From NCBI GenBank assembly GCA_049970055.1, contig JBMFNR010000001.1, forward strand, positions 256,001 to 320,000: 64,000 nucleotides of DNA, in the 5' to 3' direction. A program made the position numbers and the translations under genes. The notes under the pieces are model-generated. The model saw only the letters and a program-made list of their open reading frames with translations. It did no database searches and was not told the origin of the DNA. Positions 9,494 through 18,456 of the stretch are shown here, in pieces (positions within the stretch are counted from its first letter, which is position 1; each line of letters begins with the position of its first letter). Source of the stretch: Fervidobacterium sp. (GTDB taxonomy: Bacteria; Thermotogota; Thermotogae; Thermotogales; Fervidobacteriaceae).

Positions 9494-11377
9494 TTATTTA
9501 CAACTTAATTTATCATATATCGTTTCTGCAATCTTTTCTCCACTGAGATTATAAATTTCGAACAGCAATTTTGAATCACCTGAGACGGGGAACTCAGATA
9601 GCCCAAATCTTATGAATTTACCTGGTAAAATTCCCAGATCAAAATACTTCTGAGCAATTAAACTTCCAAGCCCGTTAAAAATATTGTGATCTTCAACAGT
9701 TACGACAAAGTTTGAGTATTTTTTCAATATCTCTTCATCCAAATCGTAAGGGCAACTAACATTTATCACTGCGAAGTTTACACCTTTTGATTTTAGAATT
9801 TCTTGAGCCTTCAGCACATTTGGTACAACGGAACCTAAACAGTAAATTACGCCATCTTCTCCATTCCGCAATATATCCATTTTCCCATACTCGAATTTGT
9901 AATTTTCATCATAAAATAAACTTCCGTCTTCTTTTCTTATAGGTTCAAGTTTACTTCTACCCATTGCAACTACATAATTTCCGTACAGGCTCGCTACGTA
10001 TCTTACCACTCTATCTGTTTGATTAGGATCGGCCGGTACGATTACTTTGAATCCATACCATGCAAGTGGTGCACCAATGTAGTTCAGAGCATGGTGTGTC
10101 TTCCCATCTTCCCCAACATCGATGCCACAGTGCGTTACAACAACTTTCAAGTTCGTATTGTTAATCGCATTTAACCTATGTTGGTTAAATGTTTCATCAA
10201 TTCCGAAAACGCCAAAATCGGCGAAGAATGTTATTATGCCATCGGAAGACATCGCGCCAGCTATTGCAGCTGCGTTATGCTCTTGAACACCTAACTCAAC
10301 GATCCTGTCTGGCCTTTCTTTATCGAGAAAATCGAGTTTTACAGAACCTTTTAAATCGCAGTCCACCGCAACTACGTTATCGTTGATTACCGCAAGGTCC
10401 GCGATAGCTCTTCCAAGTGCGCTTCTATTATCCGCTGGCTTATCGTAAATTCTAACATTACCCGTGTTTATATTAACCTCGTACCATAATTTGATTTTTT
10501 CGTGAGTTTTGATAGGTAGTTTTTTTCTCATTTCGATGTATTTCTCAACATCGTTTTCTATACCAAGCTGTTTTAAAGCATTTTCAAGTTCTTCCTTGTT
10601 TAAAGGCTTTCCATGATAATCTGGCTTATCTTCCATAAAATCTACACCTTTACCCATTATCGTGTGGGCGATTATAGCAGTTGGATGTTGATCTCTTTTG
10701 GCAACTTTCAAAGCTGCAACTATCTGCTCATAATCATGACCGTCGATTTCAATTACCCTCCATCCTGCTGCTTCGAATTCTGACTTTATATCCACGTACA
10801 TAACATCGTGTGCATGTCCACTTATCTGTATATCGTTGTAATCAACAATGACGGTAAGATTATCTAGATTGTATTTTCTTGCCGTTCTTCTTGCCTCTTG
10901 AACTTGACCTTTTGCACTTTCACCGTCGCTCATGACGACGTAAACATGATAATTTTTCTTTTTGTACTTTGCTGCCAAAGCAAATCCGACACCAGCACTT
11001 AATCCTTGACCAAGGTTACCAGTTGTCCATTCAATTCCTGGAATACCACGCGTTATGTGACCTTCAAATACCGAAGCAGGATGCCTAAAGCCTGAGATAA
11101 CATCATCTCTGTTGACAAACCCATACGCTGCAAGCGTCGAATATACACCAGGTGAGATGTGTCCGTGGCTTACTATAATTCTATCTCTATCCTCATTCCA
11201 CGGATCCTTTGGATCAACGTTAGCAAATGCGTACAAGGTCACCAATATATCTATTGAAGACATCGAACCACCAGGATGACCGGAATTTGCTACGTAAGTC
11301 ATTTTCAAAATGTCTCCACGACACTCTTTGGCGATCTTTTGCAGTGTTGCTACATCGACTTTCATAGAATTTTCCAT
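9494..11377 (-). CDS. tkt: Transketolase
   Basis: SGHPGGSMS, SHGH, TGNLGQG, TPP-binding SDGE...N, GVQEH, VGEDGKTHH. Confidence 0.95.
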   Translation of the reverse strand: MENSMKVDVATLQKIAKECRGDILKMTYVANSGHPGGSMSSIDILVTLYAFANVDPKDPWNEDRDRIIVSHGHISPGVYSTLAAYGFVNRDDVISGFRHPASVFEGHITRGIPGIEWTTGNLGQGLSAGVGFALAAKYKKKNYHVYVVMSDGESAKGQVQEARRTARKYNLDNLTVIVDYNDIQISGHAHDVMYVDIKSEFEAAGWRVIEIDGHDYEQIVAALKVAKRDQHPTAIIAHTIMGKGVDFMEDKPDYHGKPLNKEELENALKQLGIENDVEKYIEMRKKLPIKTHEKIKLWYEVNINTGNVRIYDKPADNRSALGRAIADLAVINDNVVAVDCDLKGSVKLDFLDKERPDRIVELGVQEHNAAAIAGAMSSDGIITFFADFGVFGIDETFNQHRLNAINNTNLKVVVTHCGIDVGEDGKTHHALNYIGAPLAWYGFKVIVPADPNQTDRVVRYVASLYGNYVVAMGRSKLEPIRKEDGSLFYDENYKFEYGKMDILRNGEDGVIYCLGSVVPNVLKAQEILKSKGVNFAVINVSCPYDLDEEILKKYSNFVVTVEDHNIFNGLGSLIAQKYFDLGILPGKFIRFGLSEFPVSGDSKLLFEIYNLSGEKIAETIYDKLSCK

Positions 11378-11440
11378 CTTTCTTCCCTCCATTTGATGAA
11401 CAGCTTTAGTTATTCTAGATTTATCTAAATCTATATGAAT

Positions 11441-12598
11441 TTATTCCAATGCGATCTCGTAAATCTTTCTAATATCTTCTTCCTTTAATTCCATTACGGT
11501 TCCAAATGGTGCATGCTTAATAGCATGTTGAACGAGTTTGTCTATATCTTCTCTTGCTATACCTACCTCCTTTAAAGTGACCGGGGCTCCCATTGATGAA
11601 TACCATTTTTTTAATTCTTCGATTGCTTTCTCCGGTGTGATAGGTTCTTCCAATCCAAAAATATTTTTACCAAATCTGATTAATTTATCAGCAATTTTGT
11701 CTTTCACATACATCATCCAGGCAGGGAATACGATGGCAAGTCCTGCCCCATGGGCAACTTCAGGCTTCAGTGCACTCAGTGAATGTTCAAGCTCGTGTGA
11801 AGACCAATCACCACCATTTGTCCCCATACCAGTTAGTCCATTGAGCGCTAGTGTTGTTGAAAGACAGAAGTTCGCTCTTGCTTCATAATCTTCGGGGTTA
11901 TTAGATATTTTTTGGGTTGTATCCATTAGGGTTCTTATTATGGCTTCATCTATTCTGTCTATTAATGAACTCCCTGATGTGTCAAAATAATATTCCATAA
12001 CATGACTTATCGCATCGATTGCACCGTAGACCACTTGCTCTTTTGGCAAAGAGTACTGGGTTGTTGGATCTACTATAGAAAGTACTGGATATGTATGTTT
12101 TGATCCAAAATAAAACTTTTCACCAGTTTGTTCATTGGTTACTACGGCATTTCCGTTCATCTCTGTACCGGTTGCAGACATTGTTAATATCACGTATAAA
12201 GGTAAAGCTTTTTTTATTGTATACTTTCCGATGAATGCATCCCATATATCACCATCGTAATAAAAACCAGCTGCGACGGCTTTTGCACTATCTACTACAC
12301 TTCCACCGCCGACTGCAAGGATAGCCTGTACTTCTTCTTTTTTAGCTAATTCGATTGCTTCATGGACCTTCGATAGTACAGGATTTGGTCTAACACCTGA
12401 AACTTCAACCTTTTTTATACCATTTTCAGTAATGGATCTTACAACCCTCTCGTACACACCGTTCCTTTTTATTGAACCACTGCCGTAGAGCAGAAGTATC
12501 TTTTTTATACCATCCTTTTTTAAATATTCACCTATCTTTTCGACCGTATTTTTACCAAAAACGAGTTTTGTCGGGTTATGGAAAACAAAGTTCTCCAT
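11441..12598 (-). CDS. Iron-containing NAD(P)H-dependent alcohol/butanol dehydrogenase
   Basis: GGGSVVD, TGTEMN, DAISH, WSSHELEH, HGAGLA. ATG at 12598 follows GGAGGTG. Confidence 0.92.
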   Translation of the reverse strand: MENFVFHNPTKLVFGKNTVEKIGEYLKKDGIKKILLLYGSGSIKRNGVYERVVRSITENGIKKVEVSGVRPNPVLSKVHEAIELAKKEEVQAILAVGGGSVVDSAKAVAAGFYYDGDIWDAFIGKYTIKKALPLYVILTMSATGTEMNGNAVVTNEQTGEKFYFGSKHTYPVLSIVDPTTQYSLPKEQVVYGAIDAISHVMEYYFDTSGSSLIDRIDEAIIRTLMDTTQKISNNPEDYEARANFCLSTTLALNGLTGMGTNGGDWSSHELEHSLSALKPEVAHGAGLAIVFPAWMMYVKDKIADKLIRFGKNIFGLEEPITPEKAIEELKKWYSSMGAPVTLKEVGIAREDIDKLVQHAIKHAPFGTVMELKEEDIRKIYEIALE

Positions 12599-12662
12599 GA
12601 AACTCACCTCCAAAGTATAAAAAGTTTGAAAATTCAAAGGGTTTGTAAGTTAACCAACTCAT

Positions 12663-12673
12663 ATTATACCACA
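12663..12673 (-). promoter_or_regulatory. Extended -10 promoter (TGTGGTATAAT) for Fe-ADH/tkt
   Basis: Plus-strand attataccaca lies ~65 nt upstream of the start codon. Confidence 0.55.
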
Positions 12674-12733
12674 TGCTATGTTCGAATTCTATGTTAAAAG
12701 AATTGGTATATAATATAACTCGGAGGTGAATTC

Positions 12734-14026
12734 ATGATAAGCAGATTTGGAACTTTTATCATCTTTATAACGATTCTGATAATTGTTCAAGGTTTTAGTA
12801 TCACAATCCAACAGTACATAGCAAACTCTGGTGTTCCATCCTACAGTGTGGTAAGCGAAAGTAAGAGTATCTTTGACGGGAATATATTCATATTAGACTT
12901 GAAAAGCCAAGTGTGGAGAGGGATAGAATGGAATCATAAAGTTGCGGTATATATTCCTAAGAGATTGCTTTACAAGTCCCATGCGATTTTGTTTGTTACA
13001 GGTTCTGCACCAAAAAGTCTTGCTGATAATTTAAATCAGTACATAAATTTTGCAGAACTAACAGGCGCACCATTTGTAATTCTTTGGGATGTGCCAAATC
13101 AACCACTTTTCGGCTTAAAAGAGGATGCGCTTATAGCGTATACACTGGCAAAGTACTTTGAAAGTGGTGAAGAAGATTGGCCCATCTTATTGCCGATGGT
13201 AAAGAGCGTTGTTTCCACGATGGATTGTGTACAAGACCTTCTCAGAAAATTTGGTGTCGATGTTAAGAAGTTTTTCGTAACGGGTGCTTCAAAAAGAGGC
13301 TGGACCACGTACTTGGTTGGAGCAGTTGATAAAAGAGCTTTTGCTATAGCTCCTATTGTTTACGACAATTTAAACATGAGAGAACAGATGAAAAAACAAT
13401 TACAATATTATGGGAATTTTAGTGAGCAGATTAAAGATTACACTAAGTACGGCTTTACGGAGATGGTTGCATTTTCGCACGAAGTACCCGGGATAGTCAA
13501 AATAATTGACCCTTATTATTACGAGATTGAAAGTCCTAAACTCATAATAGCTGCGACAAATGATCCGTACTGGGTTGTAGATTCTTCTGAATTGTATTTT
13601 TACGATTTGAAAGATCCAAAATACGTACGGTTCATTCCGAACGAAGGACATAATATATCTAATGTATGGGAAGTATTGAATGCTATAAGGATTTTCTTCT
13701 GGCTTTCCATAAACGAAAAATTCCCCGACTTTACCTGGGAAATTAATGAAAATGGAATAGAAGTGATAACAAAAGAAGAGGTTGATTACGCAAAAGGTTG
13801 GTACGCGCTTTCGGATAACTTAGATTTTAGGAAATCTCCATGGAAGAGCTTAAACCTGGATATATTAAACCGAGATGGTAAGAATGTAGCTCATTTCTAC
13901 AAATCCCACATAGATAATACAAACAAAAATATTGCGATGATGGTGGAAATCGGACTTGTTGTAGATGGCTATAAAATAACACTAACAACTATTCCAAAAG
14001 TTTATAAAAATAGCAATGTGAAATAA
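12734..14026 (+). CDS. Secreted PqaA-family (PhoPQ-activated pathogenicity-related) alpha/beta hydrolase-like protein
   Basis: Signal peptide, SQVW..W.H, VPNQPL, EDALIAYT, LPMVK, GASKRGWTT, IDPY, PNEGH. Confidence 0.85.
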   Translation: MISRFGTFIIFITILIIVQGFSITIQQYIANSGVPSYSVVSESKSIFDGNIFILDLKSQVWRGIEWNHKVAVYIPKRLLYKSHAILFVTGSAPKSLADNLNQYINFAELTGAPFVILWDVPNQPLFGLKEDALIAYTLAKYFESGEEDWPILLPMVKSVVSTMDCVQDLLRKFGVDVKKFFVTGASKRGWTTYLVGAVDKRAFAIAPIVYDNLNMREQMKKQLQYYGNFSEQIKDYTKYGFTEMVAFSHEVPGIVKIIDPYYYEIESPKLIIAATNDPYWVVDSSELYFYDLKDPKYVRFIPNEGHNISNVWEVLNAIRIFFWLSINEKFPDFTWEINENGIEVITKEEVDYAKGWYALSDNLDFRKSPWKSLNLDILNRDGKNVAHFYKSHIDNTNKNIAMMVEIGLVVDGYKITLTTIPKVYKNSNVK

Positions 14027-14051
14027 AAAAGGTCACCTTAAAGGTGACCTT
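14025..14051 (-). terminator. Intrinsic terminator between convergent pqaA-like and amylase genes
   Basis: aaggtcacct-taa-aggtgacctt hairpin with a U tract on the minus strand. Confidence 0.75.
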
Positions 14052-14083
14052 CGGTGAATTTCTTTTAAAATAAGCAATCAGAT

Positions 14084-16591
14084 TTATTTAATTTCCAACC
14101 AACAATCGTCCATAATAAGAGGATCCGCTGGACTTCCACCACCCATAATGTAGGCTTTTGCCTCTTGCTGCAAAGGTCTAAATTTGCTTTCTATGCCATC
14201 GTAATCCCAACTTGTTATATAAATCGTCCAGTTTGCGAAATCGCTCGGATTACCAAGCCACTCACCCTTAATTATTATTTTCACCCAGCCATCCTCAACG
14301 AAAACCTCTGGAGAGCCAATTTGAGTACCGAACTTATCTTTTGTAGCTCCTTGTGAAACATAGATAGCACTTTGCCAACCAGTTGCAAAAACTTCGTAAT
14401 CCCAATCCCAGTCTGAGAATTCATAGTTCTGCAATGGCAAATACCCTACACCTTTTTTATTTGGATCATCTACGAAGATCTGATATGTAACATGGTCAAA
14501 TCCAAGAGGAGGGCCCCAGCTCTTTGTAAGATCACGTGGTTTAATAGATATAACTAACGTACTACCTATACTTTCTGCCCTTGCTTCAAGAATGTCCATT
14601 TGACGTTTGAACGTTGCATCAGTTGGATAAACGTACGTGTAATTAGGTCCGCAATCATCGTCCGATGGGTCTTTGGTTTCTGCAAGTATTTTCTTTTCGA
14701 GTTCGATGTTAATTTTAATCTCATCCGTGTAAACTGTGTCTTTCAACGATTTACCAACAGCCCTAATAAGTATTATATGTTCACCAGGATCTAACCTCAT
14801 CGGATCGATAATGAAAGAGAATTTACCATCTTTTGGTTCAATCTTTTGCTCGCTTTCAACTTTCCTATCAATATAAACGTACACAGTCTTTGCATTTGTT
14901 TCGCCTTTTATTTGGCGAATTTGTTTTATTTTTTCACCTGGTTGTATATCTACACTGATATTAATTTGGGCCCTATAGGCATCTGATTTTTCAGGTGAGA
15001 TGGCAAATACAGTGAGACTTCTTCCGGGAATCCTTAAAGTTATATATCCACTGTCTTTAACTACGATTGGAGTACTTGTCCCGCCTACGACGTTATAAAT
15101 AGGTTCAAGTGTTGTACCAGGTTCGTACGTTGATTTGAAATTCGCTATCCTCGGGTCACTTGAAGTGTTCAGCACAACGAGAAGTTCCTCTTGGGAACAC
15201 TTAAGTGTGTAAATTAGTAATCCTGACGATCTTTTTTCCGACAATAGTACTTTAACTTCGCCATACCTTGTTGCAGGATGAGTTTTTCTGAATTCTATTG
15301 CTTGTCTTATGAATTTATACATATTGCTATCTGTGTTAAAGTGATCTTCTCTATACGAGCCCCACCCGTTTTTAAACATAGATGCTCTTGTTTCGTAAAA
15401 ATATTGTTCTGTTCCGTAATATATCACAGGAAGGCCTGGAAGTGTTAATATTAATCCAAGAGCTTGCTGTGTGATATTTGGAGTAACACCCTTTCCAAAT
15501 CGTTCCATATCGTGATTGTCGACGAATGTTACAAGTAAGCCTTTCTTTAAAATCTCATTCCTTAATTCGAGTCTGTACGCAAGAAAATCCGTTGGTTGAC
15601 CACCTTTGATGACTCTTTTGATCTCCTCCATAAGTGTAAAGTCGAGCATAGCATTGAATCCGTGTTCAAAGTAAGATGCGATTTCGTAGTCTGATATAGA
15701 TTCATAAGGTTTAGACGAGAGCCATGTCTCGCCGAACGCGATGAAATCATTTTTTAAACTAAAAATTCCGTCTGGCGATTTCAAAAAGTCATCGAAAAAT
15801 GTCTTTGGAACGTACATTGCCGTGTCTACACGGAAACCATCGATGCCAACTTCCTTAATCCAGTAAGCGTACGAGTCTTTAAGCGCCTTCACAACTTCAG
15901 GATTTTCTGTATTCAAGTCATCAAGTCCACTCATTTGGTAGTTGAGTTTTTGTTCCAAGTCAGCGTAGTTATTTATATCTTGTGTCCAGTGATAAATGGC
16001 ACGTTTTTGTTGTTCTGGATCGTTGTAATTATTTAAATTAAATGGATATTGTGTTGGAGCAGACGTTGGTATACTTGCTGTATTTAATTCAAATTTTCCA
16101 TTTTTGAACCTAAAATAGTTTCCAACATGATTGACTACAATATCTTGTATGAGGTACATATTGTTTTTGTGGAGCACGTCAGCTAAAGCTTTGTAATCTT
16201 GCAAAGTACCGAAATGTTCATCAACTTTCTTAAAATCTCTCGCCCAATATCCGTGGTATCCACTGTAATTCACCCAAGGATCCCACCATTGATTAGCAAT
16301 AGGTGGTGTAATCCAAATACCGTCTATACCAAGCCCTTTGATGTAATCAATTTTATCAATGATACCTTTTAAATCTCCACCGCTGTATTTAGCTCCGTTG
16401 CTTGGATCGTACTCTACATTCGCCTGATTGTTATTAGTAGGGTCTCCGTCATTGAACCTATCGATCATTATCATGTACAAAACCCTGTCTGCCCAACTAT
16501 CTTTGAAAAGAGTTGCAACATCTGCAAACAAAAGAGCAAGTGCAAACAAAAACACAAAAGAAAAAACTTTTCTCAAAGAAATTTTTTCCAC
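14084..16591 (-). CDS. Secreted GH13 alpha-amylase/amylopullulanase-like enzyme with C-terminal glucodextranase-C/DOMON-like domain
   Basis: Signal peptide after GTG 16591 (GGAGG RBS). DRFNDGD, GGDLKG, YHGYW, DIVVNH; catalytic GFRVD, GE and DNHD; C-terminal DPSDDD.GP.YTYVYPT. Confidence 0.9.
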   Translation of the reverse strand: MEKISLRKVFSFVFLFALALLFADVATLFKDSWADRVLYMIMIDRFNDGDPTNNNQANVEYDPSNGAKYSGGDLKGIIDKIDYIKGLGIDGIWITPPIANQWWDPWVNYSGYHGYWARDFKKVDEHFGTLQDYKALADVLHKNNMYLIQDIVVNHVGNYFRFKNGKFELNTASIPTSAPTQYPFNLNNYNDPEQQKRAIYHWTQDINNYADLEQKLNYQMSGLDDLNTENPEVVKALKDSYAYWIKEVGIDGFRVDTAMYVPKTFFDDFLKSPDGIFSLKNDFIAFGETWLSSKPYESISDYEIASYFEHGFNAMLDFTLMEEIKRVIKGGQPTDFLAYRLELRNEILKKGLLVTFVDNHDMERFGKGVTPNITQQALGLILTLPGLPVIYYGTEQYFYETRASMFKNGWGSYREDHFNTDSNMYKFIRQAIEFRKTHPATRYGEVKVLLSEKRSSGLLIYTLKCSQEELLVVLNTSSDPRIANFKSTYEPGTTLEPIYNVVGGTSTPIVVKDSGYITLRIPGRSLTVFAISPEKSDAYRAQINISVDIQPGEKIKQIRQIKGETNAKTVYVYIDRKVESEQKIEPKDGKFSFIIDPMRLDPGEHIILIRAVGKSLKDTVYTDEIKINIELEKKILAETKDPSDDDCGPNYTYVYPTDATFKRQMDILEARAESIGSTLVISIKPRDLTKSWGPPLGFDHVTYQIFVDDPNKKGVGYLPLQNYEFSDWDWDYEVFATGWQSAIYVSQGATKDKFGTQIGSPEVFVEDGWVKIIIKGEWLGNPSDFANWTIYITSWDYDGIESKFRPLQQEAKAYIMGGGSPADPLIMDDCWLEIK

Positions 16592-16658
16592 ACAATCGCC
16601 TCCATTTTTTAAAGTGACACACCTATTATACTCGATCCATATATCATTGTAACAAAAG

Positions 16659-16669
16659 TGTGGTATAAT
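16659..16669 (+). promoter_or_regulatory. Extended -10 promoter for the response regulator/trk run
   Basis: TGTGGTATAAT ~25 nt before the AGGAGG-preceded ATG at 16695. Confidence 0.6.
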
Positions 16670-16694
16670 TTCCAAAAGAAGGAGGCGGTTTAGA

Positions 16695-17327
16695 ATGATA
16701 GAAGTTTTGGTAGTTGATGATGAAAAACATGTAAGAAACCTACTAGTAAAGATGATTTCAAGCGCGTTTGAATGTTCTCCTATGGAAGCTGAGAACGCGG
16801 AGGTTGCACTAAGCATATGTGAAAAGAAAAAATTTGACATAATTACCGCGGATATAAAACTAGGTGAAAATGATGAGATAAACGGAATTGATTTTGTTAA
16901 AAGGTTGAGGTTGAGAGGCATATTCACGCCCGTACTTATCATTTCAGCTCTTGCTACGGCTGAAGATATAGCTGAACTTTGCAAATATTCACCGATAGAT
17001 TATCTCGCTAAACCTTTTACTCAAGATGAACTGAAAAGAAAGATAAAAGGACTTTTAGATTTGAAAAAAGATAGTTTTGAGCGATATCTCAGAGAGGCGG
17101 AAGGTTTCATTCACTCAAACTTTCCAGGTGATCTTGATAAAGCAGAGCAGATAGTAAGAGCGATGTTTTCAATTATGCCTTCCTCGCCTATCCCGCATTA
17201 TCTAATGGCTGAGATCCTTGAAAAAAGAGGCAATAGCGAACTTGCTCAACGACACAGAGAAGCGGGTATGGCACTGGATGCGAATAAAAAAGGTTACAAA
17301 AGGGGTGAAGGTATTGAGATCGATTAA
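16695..17327 (+). CDS. Response regulator receiver with C-terminal TPR-like helical region
   Basis: VVDDE, phosphoacceptor D (ITADIKL), ISA, KP. The C-terminal helical repeat has no DNA-binding HTH. Confidence 0.8.
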   Translation: MIEVLVVDDEKHVRNLLVKMISSAFECSPMEAENAEVALSICEKKKFDIITADIKLGENDEINGIDFVKRLRLRGIFTPVLIISALATAEDIAELCKYSPIDYLAKPFTQDELKRKIKGLLDLKKDSFERYLREAEGFIHSNFPGDLDKAEQIVRAMFSIMPSSPIPHYLMAEILEKRGNSELAQRHREAGMALDANKKGYKRGEGIEID

Positions 17328-17775
17328 TTACAAGTTTTACGTTATCGTTGTTGGCTGTGGAAAAGTCGGTTTTGAAGTTGCTTATAGATTATCGAGCATC
17401 GGATTTAATGTTACCGTAATTGACAAAGATCCAAATACGTTATCAACGCTTCCGGAAGATTACGGTGGGTTTACAATTATAGGTGATGCAACGGAACGTG
17501 AAATAATGGAAAGAGCAAAGGCAATGAAAGCAGATATGCTTATCGCAACAACTGACGACGATACAACAAATTATTTTGTTTGCTTAGTTGGTGCGAAGAT
17601 CTTTGGAATACCAAGCGTGTTATCGCTTGTTAATAACCGTGAGAATTTAGCACTTTTTGAACGAAGTGGTATTAGTGTAATATCACCGTTAAGCCTTGCT
17701 GTAGAAAGTTTCGAAAGAATCATCCTCGAAGGTATTGAGCACTCATCGTTTTATTTGGATGGTGAGAGAAGATGA
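17314..17775 (+). CDS. trkA: TrkA/KtrA RCK_N-only potassium uptake regulatory subunit
   Basis: GCGKVG Rossmann motif, VIDKD, GDAT, TDDDTTN. TTG 17314 follows AGGGGTG. Confidence 0.85.
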   Translation: MRSINYKFYVIVVGCGKVGFEVAYRLSSIGFNVTVIDKDPNTLSTLPEDYGGFTIIGDATEREIMERAKAMKADMLIATTDDDTTNYFVCLVGAKIFGIPSVLSLVNNRENLALFERSGISVISPLSLAVESFERIILEGIEHSSFYLDGERR

Positions 17776-18431
17776 AAGTCGTTATCATCGGTGGTGAACG
17801 CGTTCCTTACTTTTTAGCTAAGAAATTGATAATGCAAGGGTATAATGTTTATTTTGTTAACAAGAACCGTGAACTTTGCGAGGAATATTCAAGAACTTTA
17901 AATGCAGAAATCATACACGGCGATGGTACTGCTAAATCTACCTTAGACCAGATAGAGATAGAACCAGACGATATAGTCGTACTTTTAATGGAAAGAGATA
18001 GAAAAAACTTCTTTGCTGCGCGTCTTGTTCAAGAGTATTACAACGTTAAGAATGTAGTGACGCTACTTAACAATACGGAGAATGAAGATTTGTTTGAAAA
18101 GTATGGGATTCGAACATTAAAAGTTACCGATCTAATCATGAATTATATCGAACCATTGTTATTCGAAAATGAAGTAATTAGTGAACTCTCTGAAAACGTG
18201 GAGGGAAAGGGTGCAACTGTTATTAAGGTAGACATTGATTGGGATTCGAAAATTTCAAGGAAAGGTATAAAAGAGCTCAACGTTCCAGAAGATGTCGTTA
18301 TAGTAGGTATAATCAGGGCAAACAAGTATATTATTCCAAGAGGCGATACGATTATCGAGCCGGGTGATAAATTAATCGTAATTTGTAGCGAAGATAAAAG
18401 AGAAAGTGTGCAAGAATTTTTCTCTATTTAA
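17772..18431 (+). CDS. trkA: TrkA family protein (RCK_N + RCK_C)
   Basis: HGDGT; C-terminal IIR...IIPRGDTIIEPGD RCK_C motif. Confidence 0.88.
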   Translation: MKVVIIGGERVPYFLAKKLIMQGYNVYFVNKNRELCEEYSRTLNAEIIHGDGTAKSTLDQIEIEPDDIVVLLMERDRKNFFAARLVQEYYNVKNVVTLLNNTENEDLFEKYGIRTLKVTDLIMNYIEPLLFENEVISELSENVEGKGATVIKVDIDWDSKISRKGIKELNVPEDVVIVGIIRANKYIIPRGDTIIEPGDKLIVICSEDKRESVQEFFSI

Positions 18432-18456
18432 TGAAGTGGGAGGGAATCAAAGATTG

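Noticed and set aside
16592..16984. 131-codon N-terminal extension of the amylase ORF overlapping the response regulator
   Set aside because: It is the antisense shadow of the receiver gene. The signal peptide and GGAGG RBS place the start at GTG 16591.
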